Shown: positions 45,423 to 55,686 of the stretch, piece after piece | Layout: each line of letters starts with the position of its first letter | How positions within the stretch are numbered: position 1 is the stretch's first letter | Source: Candidatus Thalassarchaeum betae | GTDB lineage: Archaea > Thermoplasmatota > Poseidoniia > Poseidoniales > Thalassarchaeaceae | Reading direction: 5' to 3' | Length of the DNA: 64,000 bases | Assembly (NCBI GenBank): GCA_003193925.1 | Contig: PSPG01000003.1 | Location: 1 to 64,000 of the forward strand | Program-made: the position numbers and the translations under genes | The notes under the pieces: model-generated | What the model was told of the DNA's origin: nothing | Seen by the model: only the letters and a program-made list of their open reading frames with translations | Database searches by the model: none

Positions 45423-46283
45423 TCACAGGCGCGTCGCCTTGAGGGTGAATGACAGAGGAATCGGCACGTGCCCTTCCTTGAGTCGCCAGTGGTTCGGGCG
45501 CGTCGGCTCGAACAGGTCAGGCCAAGGTGCGAAGAAGTGCTCGTCGCGCTCGTTGAGGAAATCTATGCGGAAGCCGTTCTCGAGAAGCGCGTTGATGATC
45601 GTATCGTACCTGTACTCCCAGCAGTGCGTGGTGCGCTCTATGTCAGCCTCCGCGGTAGCGTAGCTGCCCTCGCCGACCTCTGAAATCGGACCCTCGTTGA
45701 AGAGATCGTACTTCGGAACCAGCCGAGGGCCGTCAGGCCCCTCCTCCACATCGAGGATGTTGACCATCGGGGTGCTCTCCTCCAGATACAGAACACCACC
45801 CTGCTTGAGCAGAGCGGAGCACACTCGGGCCCACTCGCCTAGGTCCGGCAACCAGCACAAGGCTCCTCGGCCCGTGTAGAGGATGTCGAACTGCTCGCCG
45901 TTCAGCGCCTCGACAGCATCCCTGACCCTGCTGACGACGAACCTCGCGTCGTCGATTCTGAGGATCCTGGCGAACCTCTCGGCCTCGGCGATTGCGTTCG
46001 GCGAGAAGTCGAGGCCGGTCACCCTCGCGCCCTCGCGCGCCCAGGAGAGCGTGTCAGTGCCGATGTGGCACTGCATGTGGAGCAGCGACTTTCCCCCGAC
46101 TCGGCCGATCTCCTCGATCTCCCAGGGCGATAGCTTGGACTCGCCGGCGAGCCACTGCTCGATGCGGTAGAACTCGGCACCGCTGCCCTGCGCGTGGAGG
46201 TGAGCCATCGCGTCCCACGACTCTAGGTTCTCCCGGATCGCCTCTTCGTCGTCGGCTGGAGGCGGTGCTGGTCTCCAGGCCAT
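45423..46283 (-). CDS. Class I SAM-dependent methyltransferase
   Basis: LLHMQCHIGTDT, VTGLDFS, FDILYT, LKQGG. Confidence 0.88.
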   Translation of the reverse strand: MAWRPAPPPADDEEAIRENLESWDAMAHLHAQGSGAEFYRIEQWLAGESKLSPWEIEEIGRVGGKSLLHMQCHIGTDTLSWAREGARVTGLDFSPNAIAEAERFARILRIDDARFVVSRVRDAVEALNGEQFDILYTGRGALCWLPDLGEWARVCSALLKQGGVLYLEESTPMVNILDVEEGPDGPRLVPKYDLFNEGPISEVGEGSYATAEADIERTTHCWEYRYDTIINALLENGFRIDFLNERDEHFFAPWPDLFEPTRPNHWRLKEGHVPIPLSFTLKATRL

Positions 46284-46438
46284 GCGAGTTCGTCGGGCGA
46301 CTCCGATGAAACCCTATCGGCAACAAGGAGTGCCGTCATTCCTCGATTTCGATGCCTTGCGCCATCATCATCTCGGCCCCAGATTCGTACCATAACCACG
46401 GAGCAGGGTTGAAGGACGTCCCACCGTTGCCGATGCCC

Positions 46439-47368
46439 ATGGGCGGTGAAGTCCGCAATGTGATAATCATCGGCTCCGGGCCTGCGGGCTACACTGCCGG
46501 CCTATACGCCGCCCGCGCTCTGCTCGAGCCTCTGATGTTCGCTGGCTACATGTCCGGCGGCCAGCTCATGCTGACCACGGACGTCGAGAACTTCCCCGGC
46601 TACCCGATGGGGGTCGGCGGCCCGGAGATGATGGTACACATGCGGGAGCAGGCCGAACACTTCGGCCTCGAGGTCCACGACAAGAACGTCGAGAGGGTAG
46701 ATTTCTCCGAGCGCCCGTTCAGGGTCTGGGTCGAGGGCGAGGAGTTCCGCGCCGAGGCTGTGATCATCTGCACCGGCGCGGAGGCCATCTGGCTCGGCGT
46801 CGAGGGCGAGGAAGAGCACAGGGGACGAGGGATCTCATCATGCGCGACCTGCGATGGCGCTTTCTTCCGCGACGAGGAGGTCATCGTGGTCGGCGGCGGC
46901 GACTCGGCGATGGAGGAGGCGACTTTTCTCACCAGATTCGCGAGCAAGGTCACCATAATCCACCGACGCGAGGGTTTCCGGGCATCGAAGATCATGTACG
47001 AACGCGCTGCCATTCACCCCAAGATCGACATCAAGACGCACAGAAGGGTCAAGAGCTGGCTCTCCGATGACAACGGCCTGACCGGAGCCGTGCTGGAGGA
47101 CCCCAGAGACGGCTCCGAGGAGGAGATCTCGTGCACTGGTGCCTTCGTCGCCATCGGGCACAAGCCGATGACGGGCTTCCTCGAAGGAGAGGTGGAGATG
47201 GATGGCTCCGGATACGTCCTGCATACCGAGCACACCATGACGAGCGTGCCTGGTGTGTTCGCCGCGGGCGACGTAGTCGACAAACGGTACAGACAGGCGG
47301 TCACCGCTGCTGGCATGGGCTGTCGAGCGGCCATGGATGCCGAGAAGTGGTTGGAAGGCCAGCATTAG
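46439..47368 (+). CDS. trxB: Thioredoxin-disulfide reductase
   Basis: IGSGPAG, CATCDG, VGGGDSA, FAAGDV; start uncertain (46433 or 46439). Confidence 0.95.
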   Translation: MGGEVRNVIIIGSGPAGYTAGLYAARALLEPLMFAGYMSGGQLMLTTDVENFPGYPMGVGGPEMMVHMREQAEHFGLEVHDKNVERVDFSERPFRVWVEGEEFRAEAVIICTGAEAIWLGVEGEEEHRGRGISSCATCDGAFFRDEEVIVVGGGDSAMEEATFLTRFASKVTIIHRREGFRASKIMYERAAIHPKIDIKTHRRVKSWLSDDNGLTGAVLEDPRDGSEEEISCTGAFVAIGHKPMTGFLEGEVEMDGSGYVLHTEHTMTSVPGVFAAGDVVDKRYRQAVTAAGMGCRAAMDAEKWLEGQH

Positions 47369-47379
47369 GGGGTCTCGGA

Positions 47380-47766
47380 TTGGAGCCCGAAGTTGACAAG
47401 GGTTGGCTCAGCAACCGGTTTGCCGACTTCTTCTATCTCCTGCACGTCTCAGTCACATTCTTCTGCGCTTTTGCGTGGCTGGGCCCCTACGAGTGGATGT
47501 GGTGGGGTGTCTTCATCCTCTACGGGGCCACCGAGGTCCTGTGGCTGTTCAGAGACGAGTATTGCATCCTCACTGACGCCGAACAGTGGTTCAGAGGCAT
47601 TCCTAAAGCGGACTCCCATCTCGATCAGAGTTTCATCCGACGACTGTTCAACCTCATACTCAGACGGGATATACAGCCTGAGAACGCGAGTACGCTCACG
47701 CGCGTGTGGGGTCGTATAGGTTGGCTGGTGGCGACGGCTCGCCTGTTCGTGCCGGGTGTGCCCTGA
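47380..47766 (+). CDS. DUF2784-like membrane protein
   Basis: ADFFYLLH, CILTDAEQWFR and SFI motifs; hydrophobic helices. Confidence 0.6.
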   Translation: MEPEVDKGWLSNRFADFFYLLHVSVTFFCAFAWLGPYEWMWWGVFILYGATEVLWLFRDEYCILTDAEQWFRGIPKADSHLDQSFIRRLFNLILRRDIQPENASTLTRVWGRIGWLVATARLFVPGVP

Positions 47767-47816
47767 CGAGGCTTGCGACCGAAGCGCACATGTTGGATTG
47801 CCCCCCTCGGCGGAGC

Positions 47817-48962
47817 GTGTCCGACGAGCAGAGTGCTGGCGAGAGCGCGCGGTACGCGCGTCATCTGACGCTACCAGAGGTAGGTCCCGAGGGGCAGAAG
47901 CTGCTCAGCGAGGCCTCGGTCCTCGTGGTGGGAGCAGGCGGCCTCGGCTCGCCAGCCCTGCTGTACCTCGCAGCGGCGGGAGTTGGCAGGATAGGCGTCA
48001 TAGACGACGATTCGGTCGACATCACTAACTTGCAGAGGCAGGTGATTCACGGAACTGCGGAGCTGGGAGAGCCGAAGGTGGCGTCCGCTGAGCGCAGGCT
48101 CGCCGACCTCAATCCGGAGGTCGAAGTAGAGTCGTTGGAGTTCAGGCTGGAGGTGGACAACGCCCTGGACGTCATAGGCAGCTACGACTTGGTGATAGAC
48201 GGCTCTGACAACTTCTCCACCAGGTACCTCATTGGCGATGCGTGCGAAATCCTCGGCAAACCGTGGGTATTCGGCAGCATACACAGGTTCGAGGGGCAGG
48301 TGTCCACATTCAACCTCGACGGAGGGCCCAACTACCGCGACCTGTTTCCAGAAGCCCCTCCGGCCGAACTCGCTCCCAACTGCGCTGAGGCGGGAGTCCT
48401 CGGAGTCCTGCCCGGGATAGTCGGGTCAATCCAAGCCACCGAGGCAATCAAGGTGATCCTCGGAGTCGGCGAACCACTCAGCGGCAGGCTGCTGGTAATC
48501 GACGCGCTCAGCATGGGCATGCGCTCCCTCTCATTCTCCCACGACCCCAGCCGCCAGACAGTGACCGAGATTTCCAAGGAGGCCATAGAATGCTCAGCCA
48601 GACCGGGTTCGATGGAGGAGATGCAGGGGGGCATGCGGGAGATCAGCCCCTCCGAGTACGTCACCCGCGTAGACGGCGGATGGTCCCCGTTCCTACTCGA
48701 CGTCAGGAGGAGGGACGAGGAGATGATCGTCTCCCTCAACGGGACGGCCCTGCGAATCCAACACCTGTCGATCCCCTCGCGTACGGACGAGGTCCCCAAG
48801 GACCGAGACGTGGTCGTCTACTGCAGGACGGGGGGCAGGTCCGCTACCGTTGCGCGCTTCCTAGTAGCCATGGCAGGCTGGTCTGAGGAGCGCGTCTACA
48901 ACCTCTCCGGAGGGATTCACGAGTGGTCGGATACTGTTGACTCTTCCGTCCCAAAATACTAA
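47817..48962 (+). CDS. moeB: Molybdopterin-synthase adenylyltransferase with a C-terminal rhodanese domain (MoeB/MoeZ, E1-like)
   Basis: RYARH, GAGGLG, NLQRQ, GSDNF, NCAEAG; rhodanese motif YCRTGGRS. Confidence 0.92.
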   Translation: MSDEQSAGESARYARHLTLPEVGPEGQKLLSEASVLVVGAGGLGSPALLYLAAAGVGRIGVIDDDSVDITNLQRQVIHGTAELGEPKVASAERRLADLNPEVEVESLEFRLEVDNALDVIGSYDLVIDGSDNFSTRYLIGDACEILGKPWVFGSIHRFEGQVSTFNLDGGPNYRDLFPEAPPAELAPNCAEAGVLGVLPGIVGSIQATEAIKVILGVGEPLSGRLLVIDALSMGMRSLSFSHDPSRQTVTEISKEAIECSARPGSMEEMQGGMREISPSEYVTRVDGGWSPFLLDVRRRDEEMIVSLNGTALRIQHLSIPSRTDEVPKDRDVVVYCRTGGRSATVARFLVAMAGWSEERVYNLSGGIHEWSDTVDSSVPKY

Positions 48963-49117
48963 TTGTGGTGACTATTAGTTAAGACTAACTATTATTTGCG
49001 GTATTTTCTATCTTTTTCGATTTGAGAATACCTAGAGTATACGTATTTTCACTATTTGTGGGGATAACTGGTGCAGTGAGTCGAAGAATTGTTGTATAAG
49101 CAGACCTTCGGGATACC

Positions 49118-51994
49118 ATGGCGATTACCCGGCAGGGAGTCTGGAGATGCCCCTCCTGTGAGCATCATCAGACATGGAGGACGAAAGAATCGATCGAGAG
49201 AATTGACAGGAGGTGCAAGCACTGCGGCAAGCGGGTCCGGGCGATCCTCGACCGTTCTTCGAGCGGACAGGGTAGGCAGCGGGCGGTGCAGATCTGGGAG
49301 CGTGATACCACCTTGGACCTGGATGAGCTCAAGGATGAGGCCCTTCGCAGAGACCAGGAGTCAGAGCGAAGGGTCGAGCGGGCGGACTCGATCCGCTCTT
49401 ATGCTTCCGGGACTGCTTCCCAGAGCGACCTGCCTACGATATGGGGGGCGGGCTGGGAGCCTAGCTCCGCCCTCGACTTCCCGACCCCGCTGAGCTCCTC
49501 GTCAGCCCGGGCCGAACTGCTCAGATTCGTCGTCGAGAGACATGACGGTCACCTCGGCGCTGCAGCCTCAAGTTGGGACGAGCTAGGGGCTCCGGAGTCA
49601 TTCGGAGGAGAGGCTTTCCACGAGTTCTCGAAGCGTTATGTGAGTGCCCTTGAAGAGTCCCTGCACGAGCGTCTACTGACTCCTGCGCTATCCTCGTTGG
49701 GAGATGCCGAGGTCATACCCAGAAGGTCGGGTGAACTGCATCTGGAACGGCGTGCTGCGAGGCTATTGCTCGACATCGTACTATGCTTGAGGCGAATCGC
49801 CCACTACGCTTCAATCACCCTCGAGCAACGCATGGAGTGGCAGAGGATGATGACTAGGACGAGAGCAGTAGACGAGCACCTCAAGGACCTCTTCGCGAAC
49901 GGCCTGCCCACGCCCGATGGCGGAACCTTCGGAGGAAAGGGATTCCGTTCGACCTGGCAGGAGGGAGTGGTCGCGTGCGCGGGCGCGATGCGAAGGGGCA
50001 TCGATATCCCAGAGGAGGAACGCGCTCGAGCCGACATCGTAGCCCCGATGATCCGGGACGTCGGACTCGCACTGGCCATGGGACAGACTGCGACCGAGGT
50101 CTTCGCCGCCCAGATAGGCAAGTCCGGCTCGTACATGGACGGCGGGCAGGAGGGCTCGGGCGGAAGGGACCTGCACATCGGCAACTGGGAGAAGGGGATC
50201 CTGCCCCCGACCGCTCCCCTGCCGATAGCGAGCGCCACCACCACCGGAGTTGCTCTCGCGGCGTCTAGGCTCGGAGTGGACCGTTTTCACCTCGCGCCAG
50301 TCGGTGAGGGCTGCAGCAGCAGCGGCGAGTTCTGGGAGGCGATGAACCTCGCAGGAGCCCGCGGACTACCGATATCTTTCATGATCCAGAACAACCAGAT
50401 CGCCCTAGACACCTTCGTGACCGGCCAGTCCGGAGTCGAGACCTTCGGCGACAAGGGGCATGCCATGGGGATGCCGGCCTGGACGATGGACGGCTCGGAC
50501 CCGGGGCTGTTCTACGCCTCCACCGCCGTCGCGAGGGAGTTCGCGACCGGTGGAGGGGGGCCGACCCTGATACACGTCGAGACGATGCGGGGCTGCGGGC
50601 ACGCGCACCACCATGACGACCTGTACCTCGGTGCAGCCTCGGGGAACCCGCCCGGCTACGTCGACCGAGAGCTGCTCACCTACTGGGCGGAGAAGGACCC
50701 AGTCCCGAACCACCGGGAACTGATGATCCAGCTCGGTGCGGACGAGAGGGAGATCGAGTCGATGGAGGCTCTAGAGCAGGCGTTGGTGGATGCCTCCCGG
50801 GAGGAGATGGAGGAGATGCCGTGGCCCGAGGGCCACACCGTGACAAAGGGCGTGACGAGCCTACATGACGCTACCGGACACGCCGAGCAGTACGAGAGGT
50901 TCGGGCGCGAGGTGGCTGTGGTCGATTCGCCTCTGGCTCCGGGTGAGAGCTCTCTAGAGTTCTCTGACGCCTCCAACTCCTGGACCTTCAGTCGAGCCAT
51001 CCAAAGAGGGATGGTCTCGATCGCCGAGAAGCACGGCGACAAGGTCGTGTTCATGGGGCAGGACATGGAAGTCGCCGGTGCCTTCGGCATGACTATTCCA
51101 CTGATTGCCAAGGGGCATTCGGACAAACTCCTCGACATGCCACTGTCCGAGTCCGTCATCGTCCACTCCGCTATTGGCGCGGCCTTAGGCGGGATGCGCC
51201 CGGTAGCAGAGATCCAATTCGGCGGCTTCGCTGCTCTGGCGATGAACGCACTCGTCAACAACGCGGCCCAACTGCGCTGGCGCTGGGGTGCGAATGTTCC
51301 GGTCACCGTCCGGATACCCCTCGGTGGGAAGACGCGTAGTGGGCCGTTCCATGCAAACATGATCGAGTCTTGGTTCCTCAACGACCCGGGCTTGGTGATA
51401 GTCTTCCCGAGCACTCCGCAAGACGCCTACGACCTGCTCATCGAGTCTCACGAACTCGCTGACCCGGTCGTCTTCCTCGAGCACCTCGGGCTGTATGGAT
51501 TGAAGGGGGGCTTGACCGGCTGGGGGGAGTTGATCAACCAGCTCGTGGACACCGAGTCAGTCCACCAGCGACTTGCCGCTGGAGAGAACTCATTGGGAGA
51601 GGCCCGCGTCGTCCGGGGTGGCAAGGACCTGACCATCGTCACCTGGGGTGCGATGGTCCATGTCGCGATGAAAGCGGCCTCCGAGGCGGCCAAGAAGGGG
51701 ATCGAAGTCGAAGTGGTCGACCTTCGGACCATACTGCCCTTCGACGCCCGGACCTGCATCGAATCGGTGCGACGGACCGGACGCCTCGTAGTCCTGCAGG
51801 AAGCGCAGTGGACTGGGGGCTTGGGCAACACCGTGAGCAGTCGCATCCTCGAGGAGGCGTTCTGGTGCCTCGAGTCCCCTCCCGTGGTCATAGGCGCGCT
51901 CGACACCCCTGTCCCCTTCGCCCCCACTCTGGAGGACTACACCATACCCACAGCCGAACTGGTGTCCCGTCACATCGAGAGGATGTGCGCCTGA
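49118..51994 (+). CDS. 2-oxoacid dehydrogenase E1 alpha+beta fusion with an N-terminal Zn-ribbon extension
   Basis: CPSC...CKHC N-terminus; GEG..NN TPP-binding motif; GQD, DMPLSE, EIQF, GPFH and EVVDLRT (E1 beta). Confidence 0.88.
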   Translation: MAITRQGVWRCPSCEHHQTWRTKESIERIDRRCKHCGKRVRAILDRSSSGQGRQRAVQIWERDTTLDLDELKDEALRRDQESERRVERADSIRSYASGTASQSDLPTIWGAGWEPSSALDFPTPLSSSSARAELLRFVVERHDGHLGAAASSWDELGAPESFGGEAFHEFSKRYVSALEESLHERLLTPALSSLGDAEVIPRRSGELHLERRAARLLLDIVLCLRRIAHYASITLEQRMEWQRMMTRTRAVDEHLKDLFANGLPTPDGGTFGGKGFRSTWQEGVVACAGAMRRGIDIPEEERARADIVAPMIRDVGLALAMGQTATEVFAAQIGKSGSYMDGGQEGSGGRDLHIGNWEKGILPPTAPLPIASATTTGVALAASRLGVDRFHLAPVGEGCSSSGEFWEAMNLAGARGLPISFMIQNNQIALDTFVTGQSGVETFGDKGHAMGMPAWTMDGSDPGLFYASTAVAREFATGGGGPTLIHVETMRGCGHAHHHDDLYLGAASGNPPGYVDRELLTYWAEKDPVPNHRELMIQLGADEREIESMEALEQALVDASREEMEEMPWPEGHTVTKGVTSLHDATGHAEQYERFGREVAVVDSPLAPGESSLEFSDASNSWTFSRAIQRGMVSIAEKHGDKVVFMGQDMEVAGAFGMTIPLIAKGHSDKLLDMPLSESVIVHSAIGAALGGMRPVAEIQFGGFAALAMNALVNNAAQLRWRWGANVPVTVRIPLGGKTRSGPFHANMIESWFLNDPGLVIVFPSTPQDAYDLLIESHELADPVVFLEHLGLYGLKGGLTGWGELINQLVDTESVHQRLAAGENSLGEARVVRGGKDLTIVTWGAMVHVAMKAASEAAKKGIEVEVVDLRTILPFDARTCIESVRRTGRLVVLQEAQWTGGLGNTVSSRILEEAFWCLESPPVVIGALDTPVPFAPTLEDYTIPTAELVSRHIERMCA

Positions 51995-52055
51995 GTACCC
52001 CGGTCGCCCAACCAAATGGTCATGAGCGTAGTGCCGTCTCCCGAGAGCGAGTCGC

Positions 52056-53000
52056 ATGGCCTTGGCAGAGACTGACGGGATGCTTGTCATTGCCGGGTTC
52101 GTCCTCCTGATGCTGGGGGGCGAGTTCGTCGTCCAAGGAGCCATCACCATAGCCAACAGGCTGAAGGTCCCGCCGCTCCTGATCGGATTCACCGTCGTCG
52201 CCATCGGGACATCGCTGCCGGAGTTGGCAGTTGTCTTGGAGGCAGTCAGCGAAGGCACCCACGAGATCGCCGTCGGAGCTGTTCTCGGCTCCAACGTGGC
52301 CAATGTGATGCTGGTTCTGGGAACCGCGGCCCTGCTTGGCGCGGCATCGGACCCCGGGCCCGGCATCCGTCGCGACGCGATAGCCGTCGCCGTCGCCACC
52401 GTGATCCTGCTGGCTGCCGTGCTGATCGGGGAGATCGCGTCGCAGTTCGGCGTCCTCATGCTGCTGGGCCTCGCCGCCTACTACACCTACTCCTACCGTG
52501 CCTCCAAGGCAGATGGGAACGATGTCGAGGACAGCAAGTCCTGGTTGCCTGACAACGTGAAACTGGCAATCCCGACCACCGTCGCGGGTGGCTACATGAT
52601 CTGGACTGGCGCTCAGATGCTGGTCGAGGGGGCCACTGGACTAGCGACCGACTACGGCATCTCCGAGTCCGTCATAGGCCTCTCGATAGTGGCGCTGGGA
52701 ACCTCCCTCCCCGAGTTAGCGGTGACTCTGGTCGCTGGGCTCAGGGGGCAGGGGGGCGTTGCCCTGGGCAACGTGCTTGGCTCCAACGTCATCAACATCC
52801 TCGGCATCCTGGGTGTGGCCTCTACATACGCGGGAGGGCTAATCGTAGCTCCGGAATTCGCTGTGCGGGACATCTGGGTCGTCGTCCTCACATCGGGCTT
52901 CATCGTAGCCATGCTGCTGGACGAGCGTCACATCGGCAGGCGGGTGGGAGCGACGATGGTCGCCGGTTACCTGGCGTACATGGTGTTCCTGTACCTCTAG
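52056..53000 (+). CDS. Ca2+/Na+ antiporter (YrbG/CaCA family)
   Basis: Two alpha repeats GTSLPE...GSN. Confidence 0.92.
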   Translation: MALAETDGMLVIAGFVLLMLGGEFVVQGAITIANRLKVPPLLIGFTVVAIGTSLPELAVVLEAVSEGTHEIAVGAVLGSNVANVMLVLGTAALLGAASDPGPGIRRDAIAVAVATVILLAAVLIGEIASQFGVLMLLGLAAYYTYSYRASKADGNDVEDSKSWLPDNVKLAIPTTVAGGYMIWTGAQMLVEGATGLATDYGISESVIGLSIVALGTSLPELAVTLVAGLRGQGGVALGNVLGSNVINILGILGVASTYAGGLIVAPEFAVRDIWVVVLTSGFIVAMLLDERHIGRRVGATMVAGYLAYMVFLYL

Positions 53001-53059
53001 GTCCGGTTAGCGCTATCCGGGGTGCGAACCGCTAAGACCGAGGCCTCGCCCCTAGGGCC

Positions 53060-54205
53060 ATGGTCGACTTCAGCCTGTCAGAGGAGCAGCGTATGCTCCA
53101 GGAGGCGGCGCGCGAGTTTGCTGCTGCGGAAGTCCAGCCGCACGCTGAGAAGTGGGACCGTGAGAGCACCTTCCCGCGAGAGGCGATACGCAAGGCCAAC
53201 GAACTCGGTCTGCTCACCGTCAAGATTCCCGAGGAGTACGGCGGCTACGGCATGGGCTCCTTCGAGGAGGTTCTGATATGCGAGGAAATCGGATGGGGCG
53301 ACCCTGGGTTCGCCACCGCATCTGGCAGCACGATGCTGGCTTCCTACCCACTCATCACAGGCGGCACTGAGGACCAGAAGCAGCGCTACCTGTCCAAGGT
53401 CGCCGATGGCTGCATCGCAGCCTACTGTGTGACGGAACCCGGTGCCGGTAGCGATGTGCAGTCGATTCGGACGCAAGCCGTCAGGGACGGTGACGACTAT
53501 GTCGTCACCGGCAGCAAGATGTGGATCACCGGAGCCGGTCACGCTGACTGGTTCTTCGTTCTGGCATACACCGACAGGGAAGCTGGGTACAGGGGAATGA
53601 GCGGTTTCATCGTCGACGCCGACAGCGCCGGCGTCGTGCTCGGCAAGAAGGAGGAGAACATGGGCCAGCGCTGCTCCGACACGCGCGCGGTCGACTTCAA
53701 CGACGTTCGCGTGCCGGCGGAGAACCTCATCGGCGGCGAGGAGAACGGCGGCTGGATGAATGCGATGAGGGCGTTCGACCTCTCGAGGCCCACGATATCC
53801 GCGCACGCCGTCGGCAATGCCAGGGGCGCCATGGAAGAGGCCCTGAGGTACGCCAATGAGCGCAGCACCTTCGGAAAGCCGATCTACAGGCACCAAGCGA
53901 TCTCGTTCATGATCGCTGACATGGCGACCAAGATCGAAGCTGCCAGGCTTCTGACGTGGTGCGCGGCGAAGAAGGCCGACGCCGGCGAGCGCAACACACT
54001 CGAAGCCGCCCACGCCAAGCGCTTCTCCGCCGACATGGCGATGGAGGTGACCACCGACGCGGTGCAGGTGTTCGGCGGATACGGCTACTCCGAGGAGTAT
54101 CCCGTGGCCCGCCGCATGCGAGGTGCCAAGGTGGTTCAGATCTTCGAGGGTTCGAGCCAGATTCAGAGGATGATCATCGGGCGAGAGCTGCTCCGGGGCA
54201 TGTGA
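53060..54205 (+). CDS. Acyl-CoA dehydrogenase (medium-chain-like)
   Basis: YCVTEPGAGSD, KMWIT, QVFGGYGY, IFEG. Confidence 0.95.
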   Translation: MVDFSLSEEQRMLQEAAREFAAAEVQPHAEKWDRESTFPREAIRKANELGLLTVKIPEEYGGYGMGSFEEVLICEEIGWGDPGFATASGSTMLASYPLITGGTEDQKQRYLSKVADGCIAAYCVTEPGAGSDVQSIRTQAVRDGDDYVVTGSKMWITGAGHADWFFVLAYTDREAGYRGMSGFIVDADSAGVVLGKKEENMGQRCSDTRAVDFNDVRVPAENLIGGEENGGWMNAMRAFDLSRPTISAHAVGNARGAMEEALRYANERSTFGKPIYRHQAISFMIADMATKIEAARLLTWCAAKKADAGERNTLEAAHAKRFSADMAMEVTTDAVQVFGGYGYSEEYPVARRMRGAKVVQIFEGSSQIQRMIIGRELLRGM

Positions 54206-54215
54206 TGGTGGTGAG

Positions 54216-54797
54216 ATGGCCGAAGACGCCGTTGCTATCGGCTGCGTCGTCCTAGCGGCGGGTGGCAGCGGGCGCCTCGGGCAGCCCAAGGCGCTGATCG
54301 AGGTGGGTCAAGGCACCCTGATCCAATGGCTGGTCGGAAGGCTCGAGAGCCACGGCCTAGCGCCAGTGGTCGTGACGCGGGGGGAGTTGCTGGAGGATGT
54401 GGCGGCATCCGTCGCTTGCCGGGTAATCGTCAACCCTCGTCCGGAGGATGGGCGGACCGGGACCCTCCAAGTGGGCATCGCCCACCTCGATAGAGAGATC
54501 GGTCCCGGGTACGGCCTGCTGGTGGTGCCCGTAGACCGCCCGGGCTTCTCGGACTCGACTCTCCGGAGTCTCATCTCCTCGGAGCGCACCGCCTGCCCGA
54601 CGAAGGACGGGAGGGGAGCGCATCCGATCGTCATTTTAGCCGCCGAAGTCGGGAGGATTCGAAGCGCTGCGCCCGACGCTCCGCTACGCGAACTGATAGA
54701 ACCTTTCCGACTAGAGGTCGAGGACCCCCACCTGCACCTCAACGTAGATCTGCCAGGAGATTTGATCGGTCTGGATGATTCGTTGGTGAATCTGTGA
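54216..54797 (+). CDS. MocA/MobA-like nucleotidyltransferase (probable molybdenum cofactor cytidylyltransferase)
   Basis: LAAGGSGRLG..K, PVDRP, GAHP, NVDLP; near xdhC and the molybdoenzyme genes. Confidence 0.78.
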   Translation: MAEDAVAIGCVVLAAGGSGRLGQPKALIEVGQGTLIQWLVGRLESHGLAPVVVTRGELLEDVAASVACRVIVNPRPEDGRTGTLQVGIAHLDREIGPGYGLLVVPVDRPGFSDSTLRSLISSERTACPTKDGRGAHPIVILAAEVGRIRSAAPDAPLRELIEPFRLEVEDPHLHLNVDLPGDLIGLDDSLVNL

Positions 54798-54861
54798 TAC
54801 AGAGTGCTTTGGAATAGGAAGCATATTCTTTTCAGTCAATCCACTTTCGGGAGTCCGTAAC

Positions 54862-55680
54862 ATGGGCATCGTAGCATTCATGGAAGGTTTCGACCCCATT
54901 CAACAGGCCTTGATCGCGGGCCTCTTCACATGGTTCTTGACAGCGGCGGGAGCCGCTATTGTGATATTCTTCAAGGAAATAGATAGGAAGGTACTGGATG
55001 GTATGCTGGGATTCGCAGCTGGTGTCATGATAGCAGCCAGTTTCTGGTCACTTCTCTCTCCGGCTCTAGAATTATCGGAAGGCAAGGATCTGCCAGTCTG
55101 GTTCCCTGCGCTCGTGGGATTCCTACTTGGAGGATTCTGCATGAGACTAATCGACATGTTCCTTCCGCATCTTCACCCAGGAGCGCCTCCCGAAGAGGTA
55201 GAGGGAGTCGATAGCTCCTGGCACAGAAGCATGTTGCTCGTCTCGGCGATCACCCTCCACAATATCCCAGAGGGGCTCGCAATCGGAGTGGCATTCGGGG
55301 CCGCAGCCTCAGGATTCGAGGGTGCGACCACGGGCGGAGCGATAGCACTGGCAATAGGAATCGGTATCCAGAACTTCCCCGAGGGGGCGGCGGTCTCGCT
55401 GCCCCTCAGACGTGAGGGGCTCTCGAGGAGGGGCAGCTTCCTGTGGGGGCAATTATCCGCTAGCGTCGAGCCTGTGGCAGCCGTGTTGGGGGCTGCACTG
55501 GTGATCGTTGCGACACCCATTCTTCCCTATGCCTTGGCTTTCGCGGCGGGTGCGATGATCTTCGTAGTGGTCGAGGAACTGATACCAGAGGCCCACAGGG
55601 GCGGGAACGGCGATATCGCCACCATGGGCGCGATGTTAGGATTCGCCGTCATGATGGTTCTCGACGTCGCCTTCGCATGA
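54862..55680 (+). CDS. ZIP family (ZupT/GufA) divalent metal transporter
   Basis: LGFAAGVM, HNIPEG, QNFPEG, ELIPE. Confidence 0.93.
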   Translation: MGIVAFMEGFDPIQQALIAGLFTWFLTAAGAAIVIFFKEIDRKVLDGMLGFAAGVMIAASFWSLLSPALELSEGKDLPVWFPALVGFLLGGFCMRLIDMFLPHLHPGAPPEEVEGVDSSWHRSMLLVSAITLHNIPEGLAIGVAFGAAASGFEGATTGGAIALAIGIGIQNFPEGAAVSLPLRREGLSRRGSFLWGQLSASVEPVAAVLGAALVIVATPILPYALAFAAGAMIFVVVEELIPEAHRGGNGDIATMGAMLGFAVMMVLDVAFA

Positions 55681-55686
55681 TTCCGG

